Virus record (IMG/VR): IMGVR_UViG_3300046816_000434
Length of the DNA stretch: 64,000 nucleotides
DNA from: a virus
Reading direction: 5' to 3' (one strand)
Part shown: positions 35,504-44,800 of the stretch, one piece after another
Layout: every line of letters begins with the position of its first letter
Position numbering within the stretch: position 1 is the first letter of the stretch
Notes under the pieces: generated by a model
Told to the model about the DNA's origin: nothing
Database searches by the model: none
The model's input: the letters and a program-made list of their open reading frames with translations, nothing else
Program-made: the position numbers and the translations under genes

Positions 35504-37546
35504 ATGACTTACCAACAAATGCTGGATGCGGGTTACACCTTTAACTCACTCGGGCAACCTATCCCTCCCGGCTCCTCATCCTATGCTGCCTCTCCGCAGA
35601 ACCCATACAACGTAGTCCCTCAAGCGCCGACCGGGCCATACGCAGTCACTCCCTCCTCTGGGAATCCGTTCCCGACGATTGGTTCCACGATTCCAACAGA
35701 CACCGCCTTCATCAATACCGGCACTCCTCCGCCCGCAACGAATACTCCGCCAGCCGGCACAACTCCACCTGGAACAACCGCTCCGCCTGGAACGACTACC
35801 CCACCTGGAACAACCACTCCGCCCGCAGCGAGGGCTCAGGCCCAAACAACCGTACCGGATGTAACGCCCGGTCCTAATACCGGCGGCGTCTATACCAGCA
35901 GCTATCCCGGTGTAGGCAATCCGACCGGCATGCCGTATGGCACTGGCGCCATAGGCGGTTTCCCAACCACGGCGCAGCTCGATGCGAATGGAAATCCCGT
36001 CAAGGACGCGAACGGGAATACGGTCATGGTTCCCTCGTGGAGCTATAACCCCTCCAACAATGTGGGCGACATGCTCGCAAACGCGCAGGGTTATGCGTAC
36101 ACGCAGGGTGGCGAGCTAATTACTAATTACGGCTCCCTGATGGCGCAGCAGCAACAGCGTGCAGGGCAGCTTGGCGCGACCGGCGACAGCATGTATGCGT
36201 TCCTGCAGGCGCATCCCGGTTACACACCGGAACAAGCCCAGGCCATCATGAACCAGGGCGGTCTCGATGCTCTGCAATGGAACCAGGGTATGGCGGACCA
36301 GAATTTCCTGACCGGCGGCGAGCAAACCGCCATGCAGGGGGACCCGTACGCGGCGTATCGGGGGTATGCGCAGACCGGCACCGTTCCGCAGTATGACGCG
36401 CAGGGCAATCCGATTCTAGACGCGCAGGGCAATCAGGTGATGCAGAGCCAGGCGGATTACCTGAACCAGCTCTCGCGCCAGTATCAGGGCACGGTGCAGG
36501 GGACTTACGATACCGGTGCCACCGCGATCAATAGCGGGTTGGGTGCGATGGGCGCCGGGCTCGATAAAGCTATCGATCCCACACAGCTTGGTCTCAGCGG
36601 TCAGTTCACGCAGAACTACAACTGGACGCCCGAAGATTCGCAGAACATTATCAACGCGGCCGGGCGCAACGTGGGCATGCAGACCGCCGCGATCCAGGAC
36701 CAGCTCCAGCGCCAGGCTAATGCGGCAGGCGCTAACGCGCCGCTCGCTCTCTCCGCTGCGCTCGCGCGGCAGCGTCAGACCGGCGACGTGGCGAGCGCCG
36801 ATGCCATGACGCAGGCTGCGATCCAGGCGAAGCAGATGGGGCTGAGCGTACAGCAGGTATTGGAGCAGATGCGGTTAGGCACCGCGCAAGATGTCTCTAA
36901 TCGCCGTATGCAGGCAGCGACCACGCTGGGGCAGAGCGATATCGCCGCGCAGGAATACCTGACCACCGGACGGGCGAACGCCAATCTGCAGACCGGCCTG
37001 GAACAGATCAACGAGCAAAATACCATCGCGGGAAAGGAAGCGGATCTCACTCAATCGGGCGAGATGGCGGCGCAGCAGCGCGCGCAGGCGATGGCGCAGA
37101 ACCGGCAGCAGATCTCGCAGGCGAACCAGGCCGCGCAGTTCTCAAGGGGCAGCTATGTTGATCAGGCCGAGAGTCAGCGCGCCACCCAGGAAGCGACCGC
37201 CACGCGCGCCGATCAGACCCAGGCACGGCAGGACGTGCGAAACGAAGAGCAGACTGCGTACAACGAATCTAACAGCGGCATGGCGGGCCAGCTCCAGGCG
37301 TTCAGCGGAGTGACCGGCGCGGGGCAGGCGAGCGACGCTAACGCGATTCGCGCCGCGCAGCTTCCAACCTCACTCGACAAGGTGATTGGGGGCGCGGCCA
37401 CGGCACTCAGCGCGAAGGGCGACATCTTCAATAAACCCACAAAAGCGCGGATTGGCGAGAGCGGCCCGGAGATCGTAATCAAACTCAAGCATATGGGAGG
37501 CAGTCCTATGTCGTATCGACGGAAACACGAGGCGGCGTATGCCTAA
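35504..37546 (+). CDS. Internal virion/DNA ejection protein, putative
   Basis: Q/A/G/T-rich, 680 aa; C-terminal KPTKARIGESGPEIVIKL motif. Confidence 0.7.
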   Translation: MTYQQMLDAGYTFNSLGQPIPPGSSSYAASPQNPYNVVPQAPTGPYAVTPSSGNPFPTIGSTIPTDTAFINTGTPPPATNTPPAGTTPPGTTAPPGTTTPPGTTTPPAARAQAQTTVPDVTPGPNTGGVYTSSYPGVGNPTGMPYGTGAIGGFPTTAQLDANGNPVKDANGNTVMVPSWSYNPSNNVGDMLANAQGYAYTQGGELITNYGSLMAQQQQRAGQLGATGDSMYAFLQAHPGYTPEQAQAIMNQGGLDALQWNQGMADQNFLTGGEQTAMQGDPYAAYRGYAQTGTVPQYDAQGNPILDAQGNQVMQSQADYLNQLSRQYQGTVQGTYDTGATAINSGLGAMGAGLDKAIDPTQLGLSGQFTQNYNWTPEDSQNIINAAGRNVGMQTAAIQDQLQRQANAAGANAPLALSAALARQRQTGDVASADAMTQAAIQAKQMGLSVQQVLEQMRLGTAQDVSNRRMQAATTLGQSDIAAQEYLTTGRANANLQTGLEQINEQNTIAGKEADLTQSGEMAAQQRAQAMAQNRQQISQANQAAQFSRGSYVDQAESQRATQEATATRADQTQARQDVRNEEQTAYNESNSGMAGQLQAFSGVTGAGQASDANAIRAAQLPTSLDKVIGGAATALSAKGDIFNKPTKARIGESGPEIVIKLKHMGGSPMSYRRKHEAAYA

Positions 37547-38681
37547 AAGACAAGCTGGCTTGCCGGATCTCAAGACCCGTTTCGGCTGGTTGCCCGGCGC
37601 GAACAAGGTCGACCCGCAGATTTACACGCAGCTTGACCCGACTGCCAAGAAGCCGCTTCCCGACTTTCCCGCGCAGGACGTACAGGCGCCGCAATCGGAT
37701 AGCCCCATCCTCTTCAAGCCACCTAAGCCCCAGCCTCCGCCAGGCGGAGGTGGCGGAGGTACTTTCCTTCCTCCCCCCGTCAAACTTCCACCGCCACCTC
37801 CGCCACCACCCCCTCCCCCCCCACCGCCTCCTCCTCCAGAACGAATCGGTGTAGGGCAGACCCACACTCTTCCGCCGCGCACGCCTCCGATTGGCGTGGG
37901 GCAGGAACACAAGCCTCCTCCGCCTACCGTGCCTCCTGGGTCAGGGACAGAATGGGTTCCTCCGGTGGTTACGCCTCCAATTGGTTCGGGACAGACCCGG
38001 AATCCTCCTCCGCGTACGCCAATCGGGGGCGTAGGACAGACCCGGAATCTTCCTCCGCGTACGCCTCCAATTGGTTCAGGCCAGACCTGGAATCCTGTGC
38101 CGCCTACCCCGCCCCTGCCTCCTTTCCCAACGGTGAATATGGGGCCTGAACCACCGCAACCTCCTCCTCCGCCGATTATTCCGGTTCCGCCAACTCCAAC
38201 TTCAATTGACCCGAACTTGAATACAACTACTGTCACTTATCCGCCTGAAGGAACTGGAGGTGGCGAAGGCGAAGGCGGAGGCGGCGGTGGTGAAGGTGAT
38301 CGTGGCGGCGGCGGGGTTGTGGATGGCGGTGGTGGTGGCTTTATCACGTCTCCTGGCAACGATGGCGATGGCGATGGCGATGGTGGCGGTGAGCCCCCAG
38401 GCCCCAGCGGCGGTCGCAGCGGCACTGGTGTCGACGAAACGATTGATTGGGGTGAAGACGGGGGCAAGGATTTCGTTGGCGGTGTTGATTTTGGCAGACC
38501 GTACGACTACGCTCGTGGCGGCATCATCATGAAGCCGCGTATCGGGCGCGTAGGCGAGCGCGGGCCGGAAGCCATCATGAAATTGGGGCCGCGCATGCCA
38601 GGCGGCTGGGAAGTCCCCATGCGTCCCGGCAAGCTGCCGTACCAGTCAATGCGCTACACGCGGAGATCAGAGGTTGTATAA
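37539..38681 (+). CDS. Pro/Gly-rich protein with GGxxxxPxxxxxGExGPE motif
   Basis: Poly-Pro run, five IG(V/S)GQ repeats, ARGGIIMKPRIGRVGERGPEAIMKL. Confidence 0.7.
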   Translation: MPKRQAGLPDLKTRFGWLPGANKVDPQIYTQLDPTAKKPLPDFPAQDVQAPQSDSPILFKPPKPQPPPGGGGGGTFLPPPVKLPPPPPPPPPPPPPPPPPERIGVGQTHTLPPRTPPIGVGQEHKPPPPTVPPGSGTEWVPPVVTPPIGSGQTRNPPPRTPIGGVGQTRNLPPRTPPIGSGQTWNPVPPTPPLPPFPTVNMGPEPPQPPPPPIIPVPPTPTSIDPNLNTTTVTYPPEGTGGGEGEGGGGGGEGDRGGGGVVDGGGGGFITSPGNDGDGDGDGGGEPPGPSGGRSGTGVDETIDWGEDGGKDFVGGVDFGRPYDYARGGIIMKPRIGRVGERGPEAIMKLGPRMPGGWEVPMRPGKLPYQSMRYTRRSEVV

Positions 38682-39117
38682 GCGGCGCTGGACCGCGCCT
38701 ACGATTGGCCGCAGCAGGCGGGGGCCTCCCTGGCCCATAGGCCGGCTCAAGCGGCCGGTGCCGAACGTGCGCGGCGGCGGTCCGGTTCCCAACGGCCTGA
38801 CCGATTCACCCGGCGGAGATCTGGGCGGTCAGCCGGTTCCGTTCACCGACCCGAACGCGAACTACGCGAACTACGGCATGCCCAATCCATCGCTGCCGCA
38901 GCAGTTGCGGCAATTGCCGCCAGAGGAGTTGCAGCAGTTAGAACGGTTGCCGCCACAGCAGCTACAGCAGTTTCTGCAACAGATGCCGCCGCAGCTACCA
39001 GAGCAGATGGCGTGCGGCGGCGTAGTGACCAAACCGACTGTAGCAGTGGTGGGCGAGCGTGAGCCGGAAGCGGTAGTCAAGCTGCGTCCGCGTATGAGTT
39101 ATCAGAGAAAGGAGTAA
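38674..39117 (+). CDS. Gln/Pro-rich protein with GGxxxxPTxxxxGExxPE motif
   Basis: ACGGVVTKPTVAVVGEREPEAVVKL; TTG start uncertain. Confidence 0.65.
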   Translation: MYKRRWTAPTIGRSRRGPPWPIGRLKRPVPNVRGGGPVPNGLTDSPGGDLGGQPVPFTDPNANYANYGMPNPSLPQQLRQLPPEELQQLERLPPQQLQQFLQQMPPQLPEQMACGGVVTKPTVAVVGEREPEAVVKLRPRMSYQRKE

Positions 39118-39121
39118 GTCT

Positions 39122-39901
39122 ATGCCGTTTGATTGGCTAAGTGCGTTGAAGGGTGTGGGGGCTGCAGGCCGTGGTTATGAGAATGCAAAGTATGGACGGC
39201 CGCAGCAGGGAGGTGGCGCACCTGGTGCGGCGCCTGGTGGAGGCGGAGGCGGAGGTGGGCTTTTGAGCGCGCTGGCGGCGCGGCGGAAACCTTTCGGCCA
39301 ACCCACCCGCCCGTTCACGCCGCCACCGGCTCAGGCACAGGGAGCGCCATCACCGATGGCTGAGCCACCAGTTCCGCAGCCAGGTGCTCCGCCAGCGGGT
39401 ATGCCGCTCGATCTGATGCGTCCGGTTCCGGGCGGTAGTCCGATGCAGGGTCCCCCGCCGCCTGCCATGCCTCCGCCTGGAATGGGCGGTCCTCCTCCCG
39501 GCGGTATGCCTCCTATGCCTCCGCCCAGCGGCAGCGGTCCGCCTCCTGGAGCGGGCGGTCCTTCTCCCATGCCCCCACCCGATGGCGGTCCTGGACCTGG
39601 AGGCCCTACGCCGCCGACCAATCCTTATCCGGGGCTGCAAGGCGACAATGACGACGACGACAATCCCGATCAGCGTATGGCGAACGGCGGCGTGGTCAAT
39701 AAGCCGACGACTGCATTGCTGGGCGAGGACGGGCCGGAAATGGTGGTCCCGCTCAACCGGCGACCCGGCAACAGGGTCAGCCTCGCGAACCTGCCAGGAC
39801 AGCGTCCGGGTCTTCCGCCTGCCATGCCCGGTGGCGGGGTTCCGCCGCCGCGTGCGCCGATGCTCAGCCCCGCCATGCGCTACCGTTCCCGCTTTCGTTA
39901 A
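39122..39901 (+). CDS. Pro/Gly-rich protein with GGxxxxPTxxxxGExGPE motif
   Basis: ANGGVVNKPTTALLGEDGPEMVVPL; AAGGAG SD. Confidence 0.7.
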   Translation: MPFDWLSALKGVGAAGRGYENAKYGRPQQGGGAPGAAPGGGGGGGGLLSALAARRKPFGQPTRPFTPPPAQAQGAPSPMAEPPVPQPGAPPAGMPLDLMRPVPGGSPMQGPPPPAMPPPGMGGPPPGGMPPMPPPSGSGPPPGAGGPSPMPPPDGGPGPGGPTPPTNPYPGLQGDNDDDDNPDQRMANGGVVNKPTTALLGEDGPEMVVPLNRRPGNRVSLANLPGQRPGLPPAMPGGGVPPPRAPMLSPAMRYRSRFR

Positions 39902-39919
39902 TCCTTCTAAGGAGGTCTT

Positions 39920-41818
39920 ATGGGCGGCTATTACGTGCCTAACATCCAGCGGCCTGGTTTCGGCTATCAGCGCCGCAGCGAGGATGACGAAGACGAATTC
40001 GATGGCTCTGGCTTTGGTGATCCCGGCGACTGGGGCGGCAGTGCAGGCACGCCTGCGTCTGACGGGCCGGATGCATCGGGCGCGACCGGCGGCTATTCTC
40101 CGTTGGCTGCAAATTCGCCCGCGCAAGGCATGCAGAGCATGTCCGCTCCTGCTCCCGCCGTCCAGAATCCGGATTGGCTGAGCGGGATGGATTGGACGGG
40201 CTCTTCGCAACAAGACAACCCGCCGATACCGTACGCATCTCCCTCGCGCGGCGGGGCGGACACGGCGCCTACCGAAACGGAGGCGAATCTGTCCCGGCCG
40301 GCTGGACCGGAAGGCCGTTATCTTCCCGAGCCTCCCGAGCCGCAGGACGCTGAGACAACTCCCACCAGCACTGGCATACCCGGTATAGGCCAGCCGCCCA
40401 TGGGGAGGCCTTCCAAGGTTCCTCCGCCGGTCTCTTCCCACGCCGAACAGGAAAAGCTCAAACAGATGATCAAGGCGGGACCGAAGCGCAGCGTCCTGGG
40501 CACGATTCTGGCGGGAGCGGCGGGATTTGGCGCGGGCTACGTGAATGCGGCAAGCCGCACGCGGAACCCGGTTCCGGTTCCGCAACAGGCGATGCGCAAC
40601 CTGACCTGGCGTGCGCCCGGCGGCGGAGCGTGGGACACCAAGCTTGCGCGGCAGAAGGAGCTGGCGGAGCAGGAGCAAGGCGAGGAGAAGCGCGCACTGA
40701 GCGCACAGCAGATCCAGGCGCAGGCGGAGGAACGTCAGGCGCAGGCGAAGGAGATTGCGCAGCGCGGCGACTATCTGAGTCAGATCGCGAAGACGGGAGC
40801 TAAGGCGGAGGAGGACCGGCAGAAACAGCAGCAGTTGCAGCGCATCACTCAGATGGGTGGAAGAACGCCGCAGATCCGCTACTACCCGGCGGACAATCCT
40901 CCCGCCGAGGTGGCAAATTCCAGTGACTGGTATGTGAAGCCCGATCCTTACGATCCGCATTCTATGATTGCGGTGCGTCCTGATCCAGGCCAGAAGATCG
41001 ATGACGAGACGGCCGACCTTCTGGGCATTGCGCGTGGTTCTACTGTCTCTCCGTCTACTCTTAATGCGGCAACGCGAGCGAAGATATCGGCGGTGAACGC
41101 GGCTCAAGCCTCTTCCGACAGGGAACTGGAGAGGTTGCGCAGGGAAGCGGCCGACAAGAACACGGTCAGGCATCAGACCGAAATGGAAGGCATAGCCGCC
41201 GGGGGTGCAGCGGATCGGACGGAGGCGAGGGAGCAGCGGCGTACGGATGCGCAGAACAAGGCGCTGCAGGGCGCGGAAGACTCAAAAAAGAACTTACTGA
41301 TTGGGGCAGAGAGATGGGGTGACAACGAGCGCAATAAGGTGCGAACGTCGTTGGGTTACATTTCTGACGCTGAAGAGGCGCGCATCAAGAAGGCAGTGCT
41401 CGCGCAAAAGCAGGCTGCATATAACAGCTACGCAGCAGCCAGCCGGCAATATGGCGGCGCAGCGTATGATGTGAAGCTCGATGAAAACGGCGATCCGATC
41501 CCGATCACGGAAGGGTATCTGAAGGGGCAGAAGCCGACTTACCTTCCTGGCGAAACCGCACCGACACCGACGGCACCAGCCGCTACTCCCGCTCGCGCGC
41601 CCACGGGCGGCGGCAGAGGCGGACGCGGAAACGTGCCGCCTCCAGTGAACACGAGCGCGCAGACGCAGGTTCCGCCTGCTGAAAAGGCCCCTCCCACAGC
41701 GCCGCAGGGCGAAGGGGTGACCGTCCCCATTCCCAACAATCCAAGCAAAAGTATGCACTTTGCCAGCAGGGAAGCGGCCGTGAAGTTCTTTAAAGACCGT
41801 GGCTACGATCTCAAATAA
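39920..41818 (+). CDS. Internal virion/DNA ejection protein, putative
   Basis: AAGGAGG SD; Gly-rich amphipathic segment LGTILAGAAGFGAGYV followed by long coiled coils. Confidence 0.7.
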   Translation: MGGYYVPNIQRPGFGYQRRSEDDEDEFDGSGFGDPGDWGGSAGTPASDGPDASGATGGYSPLAANSPAQGMQSMSAPAPAVQNPDWLSGMDWTGSSQQDNPPIPYASPSRGGADTAPTETEANLSRPAGPEGRYLPEPPEPQDAETTPTSTGIPGIGQPPMGRPSKVPPPVSSHAEQEKLKQMIKAGPKRSVLGTILAGAAGFGAGYVNAASRTRNPVPVPQQAMRNLTWRAPGGGAWDTKLARQKELAEQEQGEEKRALSAQQIQAQAEERQAQAKEIAQRGDYLSQIAKTGAKAEEDRQKQQQLQRITQMGGRTPQIRYYPADNPPAEVANSSDWYVKPDPYDPHSMIAVRPDPGQKIDDETADLLGIARGSTVSPSTLNAATRAKISAVNAAQASSDRELERLRREAADKNTVRHQTEMEGIAAGGAADRTEAREQRRTDAQNKALQGAEDSKKNLLIGAERWGDNERNKVRTSLGYISDAEEARIKKAVLAQKQAAYNSYAAASRQYGGAAYDVKLDENGDPIPITEGYLKGQKPTYLPGETAPTPTAPAATPARAPTGGGRGGRGNVPPPVNTSAQTQVPPAEKAPPTAPQGEGVTVPIPNNPSKSMHFASREAAVKFFKDRGYDLK

Positions 41819-44800
41819 TGCCCGACGTTCTTGAACCTGAAGTAGCCGATCCTACTACCGACCCCGATACAATCGACTGGGAGCAGGAAGCCAAACAGGC
41901 TGGTGCGGCTGTTATCCCGACACCCCAACCCCCTAAGCCGCCGGTTGATGATTGGGAGGCGGAAGCGAAGAGTGCCGGGATAAGCGTCACCCCGACGCCC
42001 AAGCGTCAGGCGCAGCCTGCGCAACCCGCGCGCGCTATCGACTGGGAAGCGGAAGCCAAACAGGCGGGAGCGACCATCCAGGATAATGTTTACGCCGGTC
42101 CCCAGATTGGCTTTGAGATCCCTCCGCACCAGTTAGATCTGGGCCGCAGGATACCGGCGGGCCTGGCTCCTCAGGCTCCTGCTACGCCTGCACCCGCTGT
42201 TCCGCCGCCGGTTGCCGTTCCACAACCGACCGTCTACGGCGGGCCGCAGCTTGGTCCGATCACGCCGCCGCCTGCGCCAGCACAAATCACGCCTGTTCCG
42301 CTTGAGCCTGGCCTTCAACGCCCGGCGCCTGCTCCTCAGTTGCCAACGGGTGCCGGCGGTATTGCGCAGGCGGTCAGCAATGTGATGGGCGAGTCGCCGC
42401 GCCTGGATGTGCAGGCAGCTCGCGCCTACGGCCTGCTAACTTCGCCAGGCCAATTCATTGAGCGGCCGGCGAATGACGTGCCAACGGCGGATCACATCGT
42501 GTATGCGATTCGCCAGATGGCGGCGAACCAGGCTTCGCCCGTAGAAGTCGGCAAGATGCTGGCGTTCGGCTTGGGCGGCAAAGGAATCGGTCTCCTGCAG
42601 AAGGGACTCGCTAATTCCGGAATGCTGGCTTCGCTACCTGGCTTGAGCAAGGCGCTTGACGTTGCTTCGCGCGCCGCGATCCCTGGCTATATCGTTGGCA
42701 GCGGTAGCAAGAATGTCTATGAGCAGGCGCAGGCAGCTCAAGCAGCGAAGGAGCGCGGAGATACCGGCGCCGAGGTGGAAGCGCGGACGCAGGAAGTGGT
42801 CAGTGCGTTGATGGCGTTGGCGGGTGCGTATGGCGTCCGCCAGGCCTGGCAGGTCAAGGGCGCGTATCCGCCTTCTCCGACCGCCGCCGAGAAGGCGACA
42901 GCCGAGAAGATAGGCGGCATTGCTACTCCCAAGGTCTCATCCGAAGCCGCAGGCGCGATTGCAGAGCGGCTGCGCCAGCAGGGTGCTCCATTGGCGGCGC
43001 AGGCATGGGAGCAGCTCGACCGTAGCCGTCCGGTTGAGCTGAATATTGGGGGCAGGAAGGCCTACCTCACGGATACCTGGACCGGAGGGCGTCCGGGCGT
43101 GGGGAACATGATCCAGTATGTCTTCGATGAAGACGGCGATGTACTGACGGGCGGTTCGCCGGATGCCGTGAAGGGCTGGCTCGATCAGCAGACCAGCACA
43201 CGGCGAGGCATGCGATCCGGTACTGCTGCTGCCGGTGTTCCGGGCGTTACTTATGAGCCCGCGTTAGAACAGGGCGAGGCACTCACTGGGACCAGGCCGG
43301 CTCCTCCTGGGACTGGCGCGTCCATCCCCCCACGGGTTGGTTCTCAGGTTCCAGGAGAAGGAGTGCCGCCTGGCGAAGGCGGCGGGGCACCTTCCGGTCC
43401 TGACGTTCCCGACGTTCCCGACGTTCCTGGCACATCCGTAGTCCCTCCGTCCGTTGGCGTTCCGTCCATGGACCCGCAGTTGCGTGACCAACTGCATGAG
43501 ATGAGCGCGGAAGACATTGCGCGGTACAACAGTCCAGACATCAACACGATGTTGCGCATGCTGGGCCTTCCCCTGACCGGCAATAAGCTGGACCGTGCCA
43601 CGGCCATCAAGGAAGCAATCGCCAGGCAGCAGGCTGGTGAAGTGGCACCAGCGTCCGTAGGGGCGGAGCCGGAAGGCCCTCCCGAGCCGAAAGCGGAAGT
43701 CACTTCCGGCGGGCCGCAGGCGCCTGAGGAGGATGTCAGTGGTGGCCGCAATGCGGTGACACTCGATCCCGCCAAGATGGACGAGGAGACGTTCGATCAA
43801 TACGTGCGTCTTCGCGAGCTGCTTAAGAACGCCGGCAACCTGGGCTTTGAGAGAATCGGAGATGCGGTCAAAGCCATTCTGACGCACCAGGACTGGGCAA
43901 CCCGCTGGGACGTGGGAGGGGGACCCGATGGCGCGGAGCTAATCCGGCTGGGCAACAAGTTTGGCGGCTGGCAAGAGCAATTGCCTGCGCCTGCCCAGAA
44001 CGCGCTGCCTCCGCCGGTTGGTACAATAGGCCCCTATGGGCGACCCGTCAGATCTGAGGAACCAGAAGGAAAGGTGGGAGAAGCAGCAGCGGCTCCGGAG
44101 GAATCTCGACCGCTGGGCGGGGTTGGTGGAGGGGAAAGCTGGCGACAAACCAGCATCATCATCCCCGGAGCCGACGAAGAGCTTGGAGCCCAATACAGAC
44201 TTGCCGAGTTAAAGGACGTATTCCCCTCCCACCATCCCTTCAGCCTTCAGGCGCAGCCCGAACACCCGTGGGGCAATGAGCGCAATTACAACACGCCGGA
44301 AGGCAGGGCGCGTCTCTATAAGCAGGCGACCAGATTCAAGCACCGCCTGATGGTCACCGACAACGCGGACAACGTCAACGGTCCGTCCGTGGTCGCGCGC
44401 AATCCCGCGAATCCCAACGATCCGAGGCTCTACGTGCTGGGCGGCAACAGCCGCATCATGACCATCCACCGCGTGGCGGCGGACCACCCGGAGGCGTACC
44501 GCGCCTACGTGCAGTACCTCGCGGACCGCGCGCCGTTGTACGGCTACACGCGCGAGCAGGTGCTGGGCATGGAGAACCCGGTTCTGGTGCGCGAGCTGGA
44601 TCAGACCGAGATTCCAAAGTACCGCCAGATCATCAGCGACCTGAACAAGACCGGGACCGCCGCGCTCGATCCGTTTGAGCAGGCGATCAGCGATTCGCAG
44701 CGCGTCAGCCAGGACACGCTCGACCACATCCACTACGCCATCGAGAAGCTGGGGTCGAAGGGCACGCTCGCCAAGGCCCTTGAGGGCGCCCTGGGTCCTG

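Noticed and set aside
35504-41818. Siphovirus tape-measure protein and long tail
   Set aside because: Despite the TMP-like motif, there are no tail tube, terminator, chaperone-frameshift or baseplate genes; the layout fits a podovirus ejectosome.
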